A stretch of 64,000 bases of DNA, taken from the NCBI RefSeq assembly GCF_006345805.1, contig NC_043004.1, positions 22,134,001 through 22,198,000 of the forward strand, given 5' to 3'. A program made the translations under genes and the position numbers. Every line of letters starts with the position of its first letter. Positions within the stretch are counted from its first letter, which is position 1. Under the pieces are notes generated by a model, which was not told the origin of the DNA, ran no database searches, and was given only the letters and a program-made list of their open reading frames with translations. Shown here in pieces: positions 27,216 to 41,800 of this stretch. This stretch comes from Octopus sinensis (taxonomy: Eukaryota).

Positions 27216-28282
27216 ATTTTATCAGTATATTTCCAAATCTTTCCATTTCATAAGTATGTTTGCCTAAATCAATTTATACATGTATTATGGGACAGTCTCA
27301 TTCTTATGCCATGCCTAAAAATGCTGGCCACAGAGCATTAATTTTGGCCGCAAAATTAAAGTCATATACCTTCTGAAAGTGCCCCGCATAAGTATATGTA
27401 TGTGTTTAATTACACTTCTCTCTACCTCTGTCTGTTTTTCTGTCTGTCTGTCTCTCTCTCTCTCTCCATTTTTTCTCTCCTTTTTCTCTCCTTTTTTCTC
27501 TCCTTGTTTTATCTGTGTCCCTTTCTGTAGAAGAGCGTAGGCTCGGAACGTAAAGACTTTTTCTATTCCTGAGCGTTCTACTAATACATCTGTTTGTTTT
27601 GTACACCACCTGTCTTCGTGTTTTGCACACACATAGTTTTAATATGATTTTTAATTTGTCTGTATTGCGCAATACAGACAAATTCCTCTCAGTGAACATA
27701 TACAAAAAATGTGCAGATAAGATCAAACCAAATATCACAGTCTTTCCTTTCTACCAGTGCAAAAACACAATCCCTCAACTAGAACGTTTAAATAAAAAAC
27801 TTGTTTCATTGAAAAATACAAAACACGTCTTAATATGCACGCATAACCAACTTTTATCTTTTTACATATTTCAATTCACGATTACATCACTGTATATAAA
27901 CCCCCTCACTAAACAAGGTTGTTGAAACTTCTCTCTGTCTGTACACATATATATATTGCCCTACAATTACCGAAAGCTGAACAGTTATCTCCTTTACCCA
28001 CAACAATAAAAATAATAACGACAAACAATTACCTCCCTTTATTTACTTGTGAAAATATTCACTCGTGAATTTCATCACACACAGCATGGACAAAATTTTT
28101 TTCTTAAGAAAAAATATGTATTCAAATAAGTAAAACATATCATGAATAGAGATAGCGAAACCGGTCGATATATTAAAAAGTATATTAAACTATGTAAGTG
28201 TGCGTATTTTCCTTTTTTAATTTCTTATCTACATTACAACTCACCACGTGGGGATAACTGAAATTCCTCTTTCCTGTTACTA

Positions 28283-28283
28283 C

Positions 28284-28369
<86 letters not shown>
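28283..28369. repeat. (TA)n microsatellite
   Basis: Visible directly. Similar tracts at 5506, 20405, 27136, 30154, 32651, 35144, 43800, 46521, 54685, 58620 and 58990. Confidence 0.95.
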
Positions 28370-28372
<3 letters not shown>

Positions 28373-29159
28373 AGATGGCTTAAGATATACGTGTTAAATA
28401 TTATATCATTGGATATGAACATAGTAATTTCGTAATTATTTGAAAAAGCATTTTCTAATTTTGTGTATAGAATAATGGATTTATACAAACCAAGTTTTCC
28501 GTCTCTAATTTCACTTTACAGTCATAAATCATAATCTGAATATATGGGAATAAGTTATTTTCAGCTAATAATGACCATCATTAGTGTGTGTTTTTTTTTA
28601 TAGGAAGTCTAATTATATTCCGACTAATATTTTATCAAGTTTGCGACACAAGTGTCATTTAATCGGATGTCCTTCAACTTATGTCACTTAAAGTAATATA
28701 TCTGAACTGATCTCTAGATAAAATTTCCTAATTTCCTGTCTAATGAGGAAGAAATTGACAATTTTTGCAACTGATTTAGCTAATCTACCATCGTAATGAG
28801 ATTTGAAGTTTTCGTTTCATAAATTTAGATTTTCCATCAGAAATACATTGCAACTCAAAATTTGTAACCGCACCGGACAGGGATGAAGCCTCATCCTATC
28901 ATAAGTAACTATTCATATTCGTTCAAAGTGTTTTTACAATCTATACAACTATAGCGTTCATCAAACACAAAGTATTTTGTTCTTCATACAGGTACATATT
29001 TCAAATAATATTTAATTGTTGTGCACTGTAAATTCATTTAATTTTTCTTGCAACACAGCACTGGTGAAGTCCATTGTTATGACCTAGAGGAGCTCTCAAA
29101 ACTTTGCATTATATAAGCATTAGCAAATACGTTTCCTAGAGTATTGTGATTAAAATTCG

Positions 29160-29894
29160 GGGCTAATGCAGTTTCGCACCTCTCCTTGAAAAATGCATTG
29201 TTTTCAAATTCTTTTCGGATTCCTCCGTTTTAGATGTCGGTGATTACGAATATGCAAAAAAAAAGGTATTTCACCCCCTAACCCCAATTAAAATTTTTTA
29301 TTTTGTTTAAAGAGATCGTAGCGAATTGACAAAAATATGCAAATCTAAATTAAATTCACACAAAAACATTAAATTGAAAAGTATTTGCGTTTTACTTGTG
29401 TTTACCTTAAATAATCGTAAATAATAATTTAATGTAAATTGAATATGCACCATTTTATGAGAAACAAACATTAATTTTTAATAATTAATGTTATAAAGTT
29501 TAATATGAGGGCTCAAATTTCACCCAAACCCCAATTTTAAATTTTTCATCCATTTATTTATTTATCTATCAATTTATCCCTGTCCGTTTATTCATAAAAT
29601 ACATTTGTCAACTAAATGTGGCAGTCCTATAGAAGACGGCGTTACTGTTGTTTTTAGACCCGGGACGACATTCATATCTATCTATCTCTTTATACAAATA
29701 TCTATATGCTTAGTGAATTTAAAATTTTGAAAACGTGGGGTTTTTTTGCATATTCGGTATCTCCGTCATGTAAAACATAGAGAAAAAAGTTTCGAAAAAA
29801 TTCAGAATTTTAAGGAGGATTAAAATGTAGGAATCCGAACATTTTTTCCGAAATAATGCATGTTTCAAGGAGAGGTGAGAAACTGCATTAGCCC
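29160..29894. repeat. Inverted-repeat pair (29160-29224 / 29829-29894, plus a shorter inner pair); DNA-transposon derivative
   Basis: gggctaatgcagtttcgcacctctccttgaaaaatgcatt...ttcggattcct matches the reverse complement of the right arm. Inner match gaatatgcaaaaaaa. Confidence 0.7.
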
Positions 29895-30150
29895 TTAAAA
29901 CAAATATAAAGATAATTACCTCCAATCCCCCCTCGTAATTTATAGAACACGTTCTCATTTGAAGCTGCAATTAATTATTACCTATAACTGTATTCCTTAT
30001 TCCCTCTGCCTGACGCATTTCTATCTTACTCTGATGCTTCCCTCAGTCTTGACAAATTGGAATACAACAATATCCTCCATTAGAGACTTCCCTCGCTTTT
30101 ACACCTCACTGATTTCTCTCTTCCTCTCTGTGTTGACGATATACTTTAAT

Positions 30151-30238
<88 letters not shown>

Positions 30239-32646
30239 GACTGTATAAGTAAAGTGAAAAGTATGATGGGTGATTGTATGTATATGCATGTATATTTATA
30301 AATATATATGTATGTATGCTCTACGTAATCCTACCACGCTTTTTACAATTTTGTTACAACTGAATGCAAGGTCGTATCCATGACTATATTGTGTTTTCCG
30401 TGATTCATTGGTGGCATGAAGAAGTTATCTATATCCCAGATTACTGAGTCAAATAATCGCTCGTGCGGAACAGGTGTAAAAGCGAGTTACCACTTGAATT
30501 TGCTATCCCTAAATAGTTACGGCATACACATCTCTGCTGTGTTTGGAGAGTTTTTCCCTATAGAATTTCCTTTTTATAAACCCTACCGATACATGTTAAG
30601 TGTTTTCATTTTAGATGTATTTGCAAGTGACAGAATACAGATGTATGTTTTCAATCTCTTCTCCCTTACCCTTGATACATTGACGGCAACTCTGCGATTC
30701 CATAACTGTTTCCCCCACATTCATACAATAAAGATTGTCATTTATAAACGTTTTACATTATTTTAAATACAGCTTTGAGTTTTTTTGTTTGCTCTCCTAA
30801 TTTTAATTTAGAATATTTAGCAAAAAATTGAAAACTAAAGATCAAATATTTCAATTTGAAATTCTATGCAACCAGAATATTTCTTTGATTCTAAAATTTC
30901 TCTTGTTAAATCTAGAATTTGGTTCATGTTTCAGATCTTGTTATGGACTTGAATCTGATTAGCTAATTATTTGACGAAAAGTCATTAACTGAGAATCATG
31001 ACTCGGAAAATTCATGCATTTGATGTTTCACGGAAAACTGCAAACTTCTAAAAGCTTTGAAGTTTTATATTCGAAGTAGTTACATATCAGCTTAAGGCAA
31101 TAACATATGACGTAATGGAATCTTCTTAATTTCAACGCTCTATATTCGTTGCACAGGAGCTAACAAATCATCCTCTAAGGAGTATCTTGATTTGTAGTAA
31201 TAGCAGCTAAATCACACAGAAAGAGCAAACTAACGGACACATTAGATAAAGTATTTCATTGCCTAAATGTACGATAGCGTGACCGCGAAGCTACTGTAAA
31301 TTTAATATGTGCGATAAGAGTTTACCTAGGCCTGAAAATACTACAGCGAATTGCATAAAATGTAGCAAGTCTGCCTTCAATAGAATTGTTGCCTATTCTT
31401 TGCAATTTATTTTTAAATTCCGTGTGCAGTTTTGAATATAAATGTTCTGTAGTTGGTTTTGCATTTCATTCAAAGAAATAAGTAGATTTGTTTAGTTTTG
31501 GTTTTGTTTATTTTTATGTTTTTAATTGAGCATTATATATGCAGGATAATATTAATTTGAAGGTGGAATTTTCACAATGAAATATAAGCGATGAGGATTC
31601 TTAAATCCATGTTTTTGCAAATATTTTAAACAATGGACGGTATGTGGGATAAGCCATGTCAAGCTAGCCAAAGAGCTGTAAAAAGTAGTAGTATAGATAC
31701 ATACATTTCTGATTACCTCTAAGCAAATGCCCTCAAATAATTACCTCGTGTAGCATATGTTGCGATAATTTCATTGTATGTGGGCAGTGAGAAAAACATC
31801 AGACACGATATAAGTTCAGATAATAATGCAACAGTCAGAAGAAAGCAAAAATACTATAGATCTCTACTAGCTCTGTGTTACTAACAGGCAAAAATTTATA
31901 AGTACATTCAGGAGAATAATGGCTGATCTTTTCAAAAGAATTAATTGGATAGAAAACGAAATCAACTTAGTGGAATCTGGAAAACGTTTAGTCATTGTCA
32001 TAAGTAAATTGTTGTTCCTCTACGGAGGTTTTCATTATAAGGCATTTAATGGCAATATGAAAGAAAAACGAAGAAAATCAATTTTTACGACATTGGTTGT
32101 CGTGAGAAGATAAAAACCATTTCTTATTTATTCCCCGTCATAAACGCATAATAAAGAATGAACGCATGGCAGAAAGCAACAGGTGATTCTTGAAGTAAGT
32201 AAGTAAGGAAAGAAAAACCAAAATGTTATATACATAAATAGACTTAGGCAACTACATTATCAGCAATGTAAGCAAAACTGGAATTCTTGAAATTGGTAGT
32301 GCAGGTAAATAAGATTATTAAGAAGAGAGAAACACCAATAGGAAAATCTATTTCTAATATGGTAAAGAGCACTTCGGCAATCAAACTAATCCATTACTGA
32401 TTAGTCATAATATATATATAGTATATTAATGCTTCACTTCTACAATAAAAGAGTGCAACATTTGTTGAAAATCCTGGAGGTTTAGTATATGCATATGCAA
32501 GAAAATTCTACTAAAATCACGTTGTACAAATAATGTGATATTACAGAATATTGGAATATTTCAATTCCCGCCCCCTCAAAATATGGAACACTTCAACTAC
32601 TCCAGTATACAAGCAGGTCAGCCAACACCAGCGAGCTCCTCTTGTA

Positions 32647-32719
<73 letters not shown>

Positions 32720-32739
32720 TCCAAACATGAAAACACAAA

Positions 32740-32920
32740 GAGAAACCACAACAACGCAAGGACGTGGAACAAATATAGTATTATTGGACGCTCAGGAAGG
32801 AAGGGAAGAAGGAGGGTTTAACGTTTCGAGCGGAGCTCTTCGTCGGAAACATAGGAGAAGGAAAGATCCAGAGAAAGGAAGACAGAGGAAAAAATTGCCA
32901 ACGGTACACCCGCGGTCACA
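32740..32920 (-). mobile_element. Penelope-like 3'-terminal repeat
   Basis: Homologous to 4660-4830; contains the hammerhead-like fold at 32816-32850. Confidence 0.55.
32816..32850 (-). ncRNA. Minimal type I hammerhead-like motif, core CCGACGA (U4C)
   Basis: GUUU (stem I) CCGACGA A GAGC-UCC-GCUC GAA ACGU U AAAC (stem I'). Folded by hand; activity unknown. Confidence 0.55.
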
Positions 32921-33689
32921 TTTTATGTATATATGTATGTATATGTATAGACATTTTCTAGGGATATTCTTTATCCAGGATACATTGGTTTAATATATTC
33001 TATTTTGAAGACATACATTGAATATAAAATATCAAATATTATTCTTAAATTTGAAAACGAAGACATTCAATAGATAAAATTAATTTATTAACTAACATGT
33101 TCACTTTCAATTATTTCATTTCGCATCCGGTTCAAACTACAAAACATATATAAATATATTATTTTGCATTTCAAAAATAATGTAAGACATATATACATTC
33201 TCATGCATAGAAGTACATACAAAAACACATAAACAAATATTATTTCACCTCTATTTTTATCTATTTTTTATTCCTTATTTCTATTTCCTTATATATTTTA
33301 TTATATAATTTAATCATTTACGTTTACTCTTATATACTTAATACATTGATTATAATCATTATTATTGAAGTTAAACATATATATAAATACCAAGTAATGG
33401 GTAAATAAACATACATGCTCACACAAATATCACACACGCTGTTAAATGTAAATATAAATAATAATATAGTTACTTTAATAATTTTAAACTAATATGCATA
33501 CATACGAAATAATATAGTATCTTTGGAAGCAATAGACACACGACAGTATATAAACAAAGACATGCATACTTGTTTAATATGTATATATGCTTTTAAACAT
33601 ATATATATATATACGCGCACACGTATATACGCATACGAAAATGCACACACACACACATATATATACAAACATATAACTATATGCATATA

Positions 33690-33699
33690 TGTATATATA

Positions 33700-33782
<83 letters not shown>

Positions 33783-33820
33783 GTACATATTGCTGTATAG
33801 ATATTTATACACACACACAC

Positions 33821-33879
<59 letters not shown>

Positions 33880-33975
33880 CATATATATGTATAAACATGC
33901 ATTCATATACATATATATATATATATGTATATATGTATTCATATCTATATATTATTATTATTATTATTATTATTA

Positions 33976-34032
<57 letters not shown>
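33690..34032. repeat. Compound (TA)n/(CA)n/(ATT)n microsatellites
   Basis: Visible directly in the sequence. Confidence 0.95.
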
Positions 34033-34034
<2 letters not shown>

Positions 34035-34441
34035 CTCGTGCATAATGAATTACAGTATATAAGGTTGGAAAGGAACACACGAGTTGATATGTATAAGGTA
34101 GAAATGCTAAAATAATTTTATCATGAAGAAGATTGTAGTACCGGTTTCAGTCTTCGCGACTTTTCCAAGCATGAAAAACAATTAAATGATGGAGAAATTA
34201 AGTTAAAGGTTTTATTAGAATATTTCATAGTTTTCAGATATAAGGGACATTTTCGTTTTTTTTCTGTGTTTCTGCCTATTTTTAGCTCGTGTGAGTTCTA
34301 GGTAGTGAGAAGCAGGTAGTAGTAGTTCTAATGTTTGGTACGAATTCTTGGTACGAAGTAGTTGAAAAAGCAGGCACCGAAGAAGAATAAGAAGAGATTG
34401 ATAATACATGCCCAAAGAAGTCGCACGCCTCTACCACAACG

Positions 34442-34910
<469 letters not shown>

Positions 34911-35139
34911 CAGACAGGGAGAAGAGCAGTTAAAAACCTCTGCGTGTTGAATGGCCTTGTTTTTAAATTAGACAAGGGCATTACTCCTTGGTACGAAAAT
35001 CATATAAGGCGAGCGAGATAAATGAAGTCTGTCTGAAGATCAGTGTGGTTAATACCAAACTAGTTTCCCGTTTAGAGCACACTCTTTAATCATCTATATA
35101 TACCTGAAGAACATAGTATTTACTTAATTAAATGAAATC

Positions 35140-35204
<65 letters not shown>

Positions 35205-35904
35205 TATATGTATATCTACATGTATATATGTATGTGTGTGTGTGTGTATGTGTGCGTGTCTGATCAAAGCGCGAGTGACAGAGAAAGAGAAAAGTATTAT
35301 ACACTTAACAAAACAGTCATACGTACTGTGTTTAGAAATATCAAATATTGACTTGAACATATATAAATAATGATACATTTAATCTCCCCCAAAATGATAT
35401 GGTTGCAAAATAAATATGTAGGATGTGTACGAAATACTGACCTAGATCTTATATAGTAAATAAATGTTTAAAATTTCTTAGTGGACATCATAGCCGGACT
35501 AGTAAATAAAATTATATACCCACTTGAGGCTTTATGTTGCAATGACGAGATGAATTACTCACATTCACATATTTGTATATGTATGCATATATATATATGC
35601 ATGTGTATGCGTGAATGCATATATACACATATATCAATAGAGTACTCACTTCATAATTAATCGGAAATTTCGAGAGAAATTAAAGAGGTTATATTTAAAA
35701 GATATCGAAGTAAATATAGGTATAAATCATAGCTGGTTTAGCCATCGAAGAGCTTTTTAAGCAAGTATTTACATGGTAATATTTAAAGCTTTATCAATAT
35801 CTTGCCCCTTCTTTAAAATTACACACCATACACACGCATACAAATGTATACACACGCACACACACACACATACACACACACACACACATATATATAATAT
35901 TACA

Positions 35905-37170
35905 GCTGAATAAAGAAAGTTTGGACTTTTGAACTCTCTGCATTCAATGAAACAATATGTTTGTAGTGCCAAAACGCATACCAACTTTTGGGCTGTTTGA
36001 CTGGTCGCTTGATAAGATCTAAGCCATTGATGTGAAAATCCGAAAAATACTAACAAGCACACGTAATTTCCACATAAACAGTGAACTTGATAGCCACAAC
36101 CTAAAACGAAACCAAGGCGGCAGAGGCTTAACATCAAACCAAAATTGTTTTGAATGTCGCATCATTTTCCTTTGTCAATATTTTTTAACCACCAAGTATC
36201 GAAGTGCATACATAAGTTTGCATACATGAGGCTGTTTACATCATAAGATTTGAACAACATTCCTTGTCTGATAGACTCCAATACATGCCCAAAGAAGTCG
36301 CACGCCTCTACCGCAACGTATCACCGGATGAAAGAATTAGCATATATGAGCAGAAGTGTATGCATGGCTATGTTAGCAGAAAGCTCCGAGATTATAGTAA
36401 GATTGATCATCAAAGCAGTCTATCATGGGCCAATAGCTAGATTACTACCTCCCACTTTGAAGGATATGCTTTTGCAATCCGGGAACAGGAAATATCAACG
36501 ATGTTGTAGTTAGGACAATCTATAGTGAAATCCGTCTCTAGGATAACCCCGAGGACGTAGAAATAAGAACCCACAGTATGATAGAAGCCATAGCCACTCA
36601 TTATAAAAAGCAGTACTGGTGGAATGTCCCAGTGAAGACTCAATCAAATTTGAGCACAACAGATCTAACATAATGATTTCAGATAGAGAAGAGAAACTGT
36701 GCACAGCTGAGGAAATTAACTACCCAGCGGATATTAACATAAATCTGAAGATGAGTGGAAAAGAGAATACCTACGCTGAACAATTGATAAATCTACAGTT
36801 ATTCTATCCAGATTTCACTTCATACCTGTAATTATTGCTGCCCTGGTATATGTAACACACTGCCTAAATACCAATCTTGAGAAATTAGGTTTCCCAAAAG
36901 CAGAATGGGTAAAGCTAATTCGAAGACTACAGATACAATCCGCCAGTGGAACAGTAAAAACCTCTAAAACTTCCCAGATTATCATTTGAGCATGTCAAGA
37001 TATGCAACTATATGCATGAGAATACTAACATCAAATAACAGATACAAATCTGTATATATAAATACATACAAAAAATACACTGTTGAAATTCCAGCCAAGA
37101 AGCCATGTATCTGGGTTCGAAATAGCCTCTTTCTCTATTAGCAAGAAATTTTGAAATAAAACTGAGTAAT
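35905..37170 (+). mobile_element. R4/Dong-like non-LTR retrotransposon, 3' part (RT C-terminus, RLE domain, 3' UTR), decayed and internally deleted
   Basis: IDVKIRKILTSTRNFHINS...KRNQGGRGL; HGYVSRK; SHFEGYAFAIREQEIST; WWNVPVKT; FEHNRSNIMISDREEKLCT (decayed RPD motif). Ends in taataa. Confidence 0.8.
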
Positions 37171-39729
37171 AAGATGCATACATACATACATACATACATA
37201 CAGGCGTACATACATACATTACATACATACATACATACATGCGTACATACATACATGCGTACATACATACATACATGCGTACATACATGCACACATACAT
37301 ACATATATCACAAGAAGCATTGAAACTTCGTGAGACGAAATAACACTGGAACGTGAAAGAGAAAACAGCTAAGCTAATAGCTTATTAATATTCGGTTTAA
37401 AGAAAATAACTCTTGGATGCAAAATATTGAAGACTTCCTCGACGTGTGTCTAAGTTAATAAACGAAATGGACTCCTAAAATTATTTTACTGATCTGTCCG
37501 TGTCTGTAAAAGTTGCGAACATTTACCGCTGGGTTGTTGTTCGCTTCCTTTTTCCTTTCCAAGTGCAAGGGACATTTTTATTTAAACATTTGAATGTAGG
37601 TCACACTTTACCTAAATTGTCCAAACATAATTTAATGTTTTTGTTCAACCGATTTTAACCCTTATCGAGCATTTGTAGTGTCAAAAGCATTCTTGACACT
37701 ACCATTCGAACGTTTTACCAAATATAACCCAAAGCTGTCACATTATCTAATATAGTCTTTTCCGCGGTGGTAGTATGTAATTTAAACGGCATTTGGCTGT
37801 TATTCGTAGCACGTTAAAGTTCTTTTAAAGTTCTCAGATATACAAATTGAAAAAAATATTGCTAAGTGCATAAACGAATTCACACAATTTAATACCATTT
37901 GTAAAATTACAATTCTATGGTTTCACCAAGGGATATATAAACTCGATATTACCGGACAGAAATATTTGTATATTCTACTAATATAACATTGAGATACTTT
38001 CCAATATAATTGTAAATTCGTTTAGATGATGCTTTATTTCAACGTATCTGCCTGACTATTGATAATAATAAAATTATACTTATTCCCATCAGAATATCAT
38101 ATATACTGAGAATAATTTCATATATACCGCAAACACTCATATGTATGTGTGTGTGCGTGTATGTGTATGTATCAGTGCGTAATTGAGAGTCTGTGTGTGC
38201 GTTCCTTCTGTAGCAAATGTCCGGATATATGAATATGTCTTTTATAGCAGATATGGCTACATGGCAAAGTTTGCTTCGAAACCTTGTGTAGCTGTGTTAG
38301 ATCCCACTAGATGTGATTTTTCAGTTCGTATGCTCTACTATAGGTTCGTACTTTGAACGCAATTTCATAGGCGATTATGAAAGACATATACAAGCATCCA
38401 TACGTGCATGCATATAGTCTGGTGCGCACGCGCGCGTACACGCACTCATACACACTCACACACACACATATATAAATATCATACAGGCACAATTACAGAA
38501 ACATGTATGTGTACGACCTTATGTGCATGCTCGTACACATACGTACTAGCTTAAATGAGAGAGACAATGAAATATTGGGTCATTTCTATCCAGCTGTTTG
38601 CATTTTCTTGCCTGTGCTGTACGTTCTAATGTTAATTTTTTTCTTTCTGTTACCTTATTGCGCGCGCGCAAGTCGTGTCGCTGTGTGTGTGTGTGTGTCA
38701 GTAGTGTATGTGTGTGTGTGTGTGTGTGGTGTGTGCCGGAATCGGTCCAAGAGCGGGAAAAAATCAATGAGAATGCCCTGAAATTACTCACGTGCTTTTG
38801 AATATTGCTAATTTATTATACTACCAATTATCATATTTAATTTGTAATATAGCGTTTCAGTATTTCAAGATGTTACAGTACAGAAAATCTGTGTAGAGTT
38901 CTAGAGAAGGGTTCAGTTGTAAATATATTTTGTAATGATTTATATTTACTTATAATAGGATGCATCTGTATCAGAGATTGCCAACAATGAGAAATATAAT
39001 TATTTATCAAGTTATTTTATTATGGCCAATAAAGACTACTAAACGTTACTCGATAGGTGACTAGGACAACTAATGTAATTCAAGGTAAAACTGAAAGTGC
39101 CACAAAATATATTTCTAGGTCTCAGAATCAAAAAATGTTTTACGAAAAGATGGGAAATTGCAATTTCCTGAAAGGAAATAATTATAAACTACATTAATTT
39201 TTTTATCTAAGGTTTTCACAGATTACTTTTTATTGCGTATAGCACTAAAGTTATAAAAAGCTATACAAAGATATAACACTAGGCATAAAATGTCTTGTTT
39301 TTTTTTATTTTCATGATTTATATCTGCATGGATATTTTGAATGATTCAAGAACTCAAATTTAGATGTTTGATTGAGGGTAGAATTATTTTGAATTAAAAG
39401 GATGGCAAAGAGTTAGGAATTATCTCTCTCGAAAAGTGAAGCATATTTTTTCTATAATTATTAGGTTGTCTACGACCTGTTCGAGTGTCGGTGGATTGCA
39501 TTGCTCAAAGGTATCGAAATGATTTTAGAGACGTAAAAAAAGTGAACAATACAGCTGTGACTACTTCTTTTTTACTTTTGTCGTGTATTTTCGTACTATG
39601 ATCCCTTCGGCTTAATTCTATTTCAGTATAAAATTTAAAATTACAGTGTATTAGAGACGGTGTGAAACTAGATTATCGGTAGAATCTGCCTCCCCAAAAT
39701 AGTAACTTTGCTCTTTTATATAGGTGCAA

Positions 39730-39820
39730 GTGCCGGGTTCAGTCCTACGGCGTGGCAACTTCAGCAAGCGTCCTCTATTAGAGCCTCGGCTGAGTTGATT
39801 TGACAGAAACCCATCTTGTA
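39730..39820 (+). mobile_element. SINE family A fragment
   Basis: gccgggttcagtcctacggcgtggcaacttcagcaagcgtcctcta. Confidence 0.5.
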
Positions 39821-40234
39821 CATAAATACAAATACACATATCTATTTAAGCGCGTATATACACACATACATACATGCAGGCATGCATACATATATACATA
39901 CACGTGTGCGTGTGTCTGTACGTCTATTCCTGCTCAGAGAAAATGGAGTTTTTTTTAATAAGTTTCATATCTGCAGTTGTATTTAAAATATATTTTCAGA
40001 AGAAAATATTAGAATCAGCCTAAATAATAATTACAAAACTACATAACTTACAGTGCAAAAGAAAAGAGTGTTTTTTTGGCACCACACATTTCACTGTGGT
40101 AATGACAGGCCTTCGTTAAATGGGACAGTGAATTCAAGCCGGCCATATGAACTTTTCTCTGATAAGGAAATAATGGAACACAGCGTATTAAAATATATTG
40201 AAACTTTACCCATGTAGGTGTACAGTAGCAGAAT

Positions 40235-40445
40235 AGTGTTTCAAATTTTGGTACAGGGCCAGCAATTCTGGGTTGGGTAATTACGCCCACCCAAGTTTTC
40301 AACTGATATTTATTTAATCAACCCCGAAAGGAAGGATGAAAATCAAAGTCGATCTTTCCAGTATTTGACCTCAGAACGTAAAGTAAACGAAATGCCGCTA
40401 AGTATTTTGTCCGGCATAATAACTGTTCTACCAGCTCGCCGCTTT
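40235..40445 (-). mobile_element. SINE family B copy
   Basis: ttaatcaaccccgaaagg...aaagtcgatct...cagaacgtaaag...ccagctcgccgc on the + strand. Confidence 0.7.
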
Positions 40446-41369
40446 CAGTAGCAGAAGATAAGTTGTCTTTGATTTCGGTCCATAGTTAAGATTATTTATA
40501 TACTTCTTTACCTAAATCGAAAAATAATACACGAAAATGTATAAGGAGGTCTATAGCGTGATAAGATGTTCCCTCCTTGTCTCCTACCCCAGTGAGCATT
40601 TACTCCTTTCGCAAAATCAAATGTTTGAAATAAAATACAATTTTTTTAAAATTATCTCATAGTTGTCTTCAAATTTTCGCGTCCATTACATAGTTTTCAA
40701 GATAAACGTGGAGTGTCCAGGATACTTCTAATGTATGTTATATTCGAAAACTTGTCTTTCACGCACTTACATCTTTAATTATATTTATGCTACGATGCTG
40801 TAAAAGAAAATTGTTTTTAACAAGTAGAATCATAATGTACTTGCAAATCTGTTCAGTACATACTTGTTTATAGATAGAATGAATTACGTATATATCCTCA
40901 TATATTTGAATATCTAAAATATCTTCATCATAATATATTTTAAATTTCTATTAAATTGCATCATAAATGCCTCGTAATAGAAATAACCGAGAATATATTT
41001 TTATCCAGTAAGCATGGTTAAATGAATATGATCACATAAAGTTAACGATATGGTTCATTTAAATTCTTGTTTCTTTGATTAACTGAAAGAGAAATGGTAG
41101 CTGTAAAATTCTATCAAATTTAGCCTGGAAAAGAAAAAGAAAGATACGTTAGAATAAATAATATAAGAATGAATATTTTATTTACAGTTAGTTTAACACT
41201 GAAAATAAACACTTTATGCTTTGCAAGCTATCGTTGCAACACTGGCTTTACGACAAAAACTGTTTTCGTCGAAACTACATAGTCTAAGGTAAGTTACCAA
41301 AGCGCACAACCCTGATCAACTTGCTTTTAGCTTATACTCAGGAGTGAAATCCGGTTGACAGGAATTATG

Positions 41370-41800
41370 TAGAAGCCTTTTGGAAGAACATGCTCTGAAT
41401 ATGCACATGTAATCCACCACTTCTTTCCTACCCTATCACAGAGTCCTAGGGAAATGGTCAGGGATAGTTGCCATTCCTACTTAATGTTACAAGCAGAACG
41501 ATTGGTGACTTTCTCAACCGCATCCCACATATAGAAATCCTTGGGATTACAATCGGGAGAATTAGGAGGCCAGAAATCGGGGCTGATGGAGTAGTAGAAA
41601 TTTTCCGACAACCATTTCTGAGTCTTTCCGGAGGTATGGTGAGGGGCCGAATCCGGCTGCCACACATATAGCTTTCCAGCAGCAGCCAGATTCTGGCAAC
41701 AGTTACCTTCACATAAGCTTCTGAATTGTTCAAAGTTGTGGGCGGCATGACGTCACCCTCCGTGGAAACACCAAACAATTATCATCGTTTAAGGGAAGTT
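41370..41800 (-). mobile_element. Tc1/mariner-superfamily DD37D (maT-type) transposase fragment
   Basis: FGVSTEGDVMPP, then WQPDSAPHHT...WPPNSPDCNPKDFY with 37 residues counted between the second and third Asp. Confidence 0.8.

Noticed and set aside
35033-35066. CTGAAGA...AAACTAGTT hammerhead-like motif
   Set aside because: G12 is missing, stem II is only 3 bp with a 7-nt offset, and there is no stem I.
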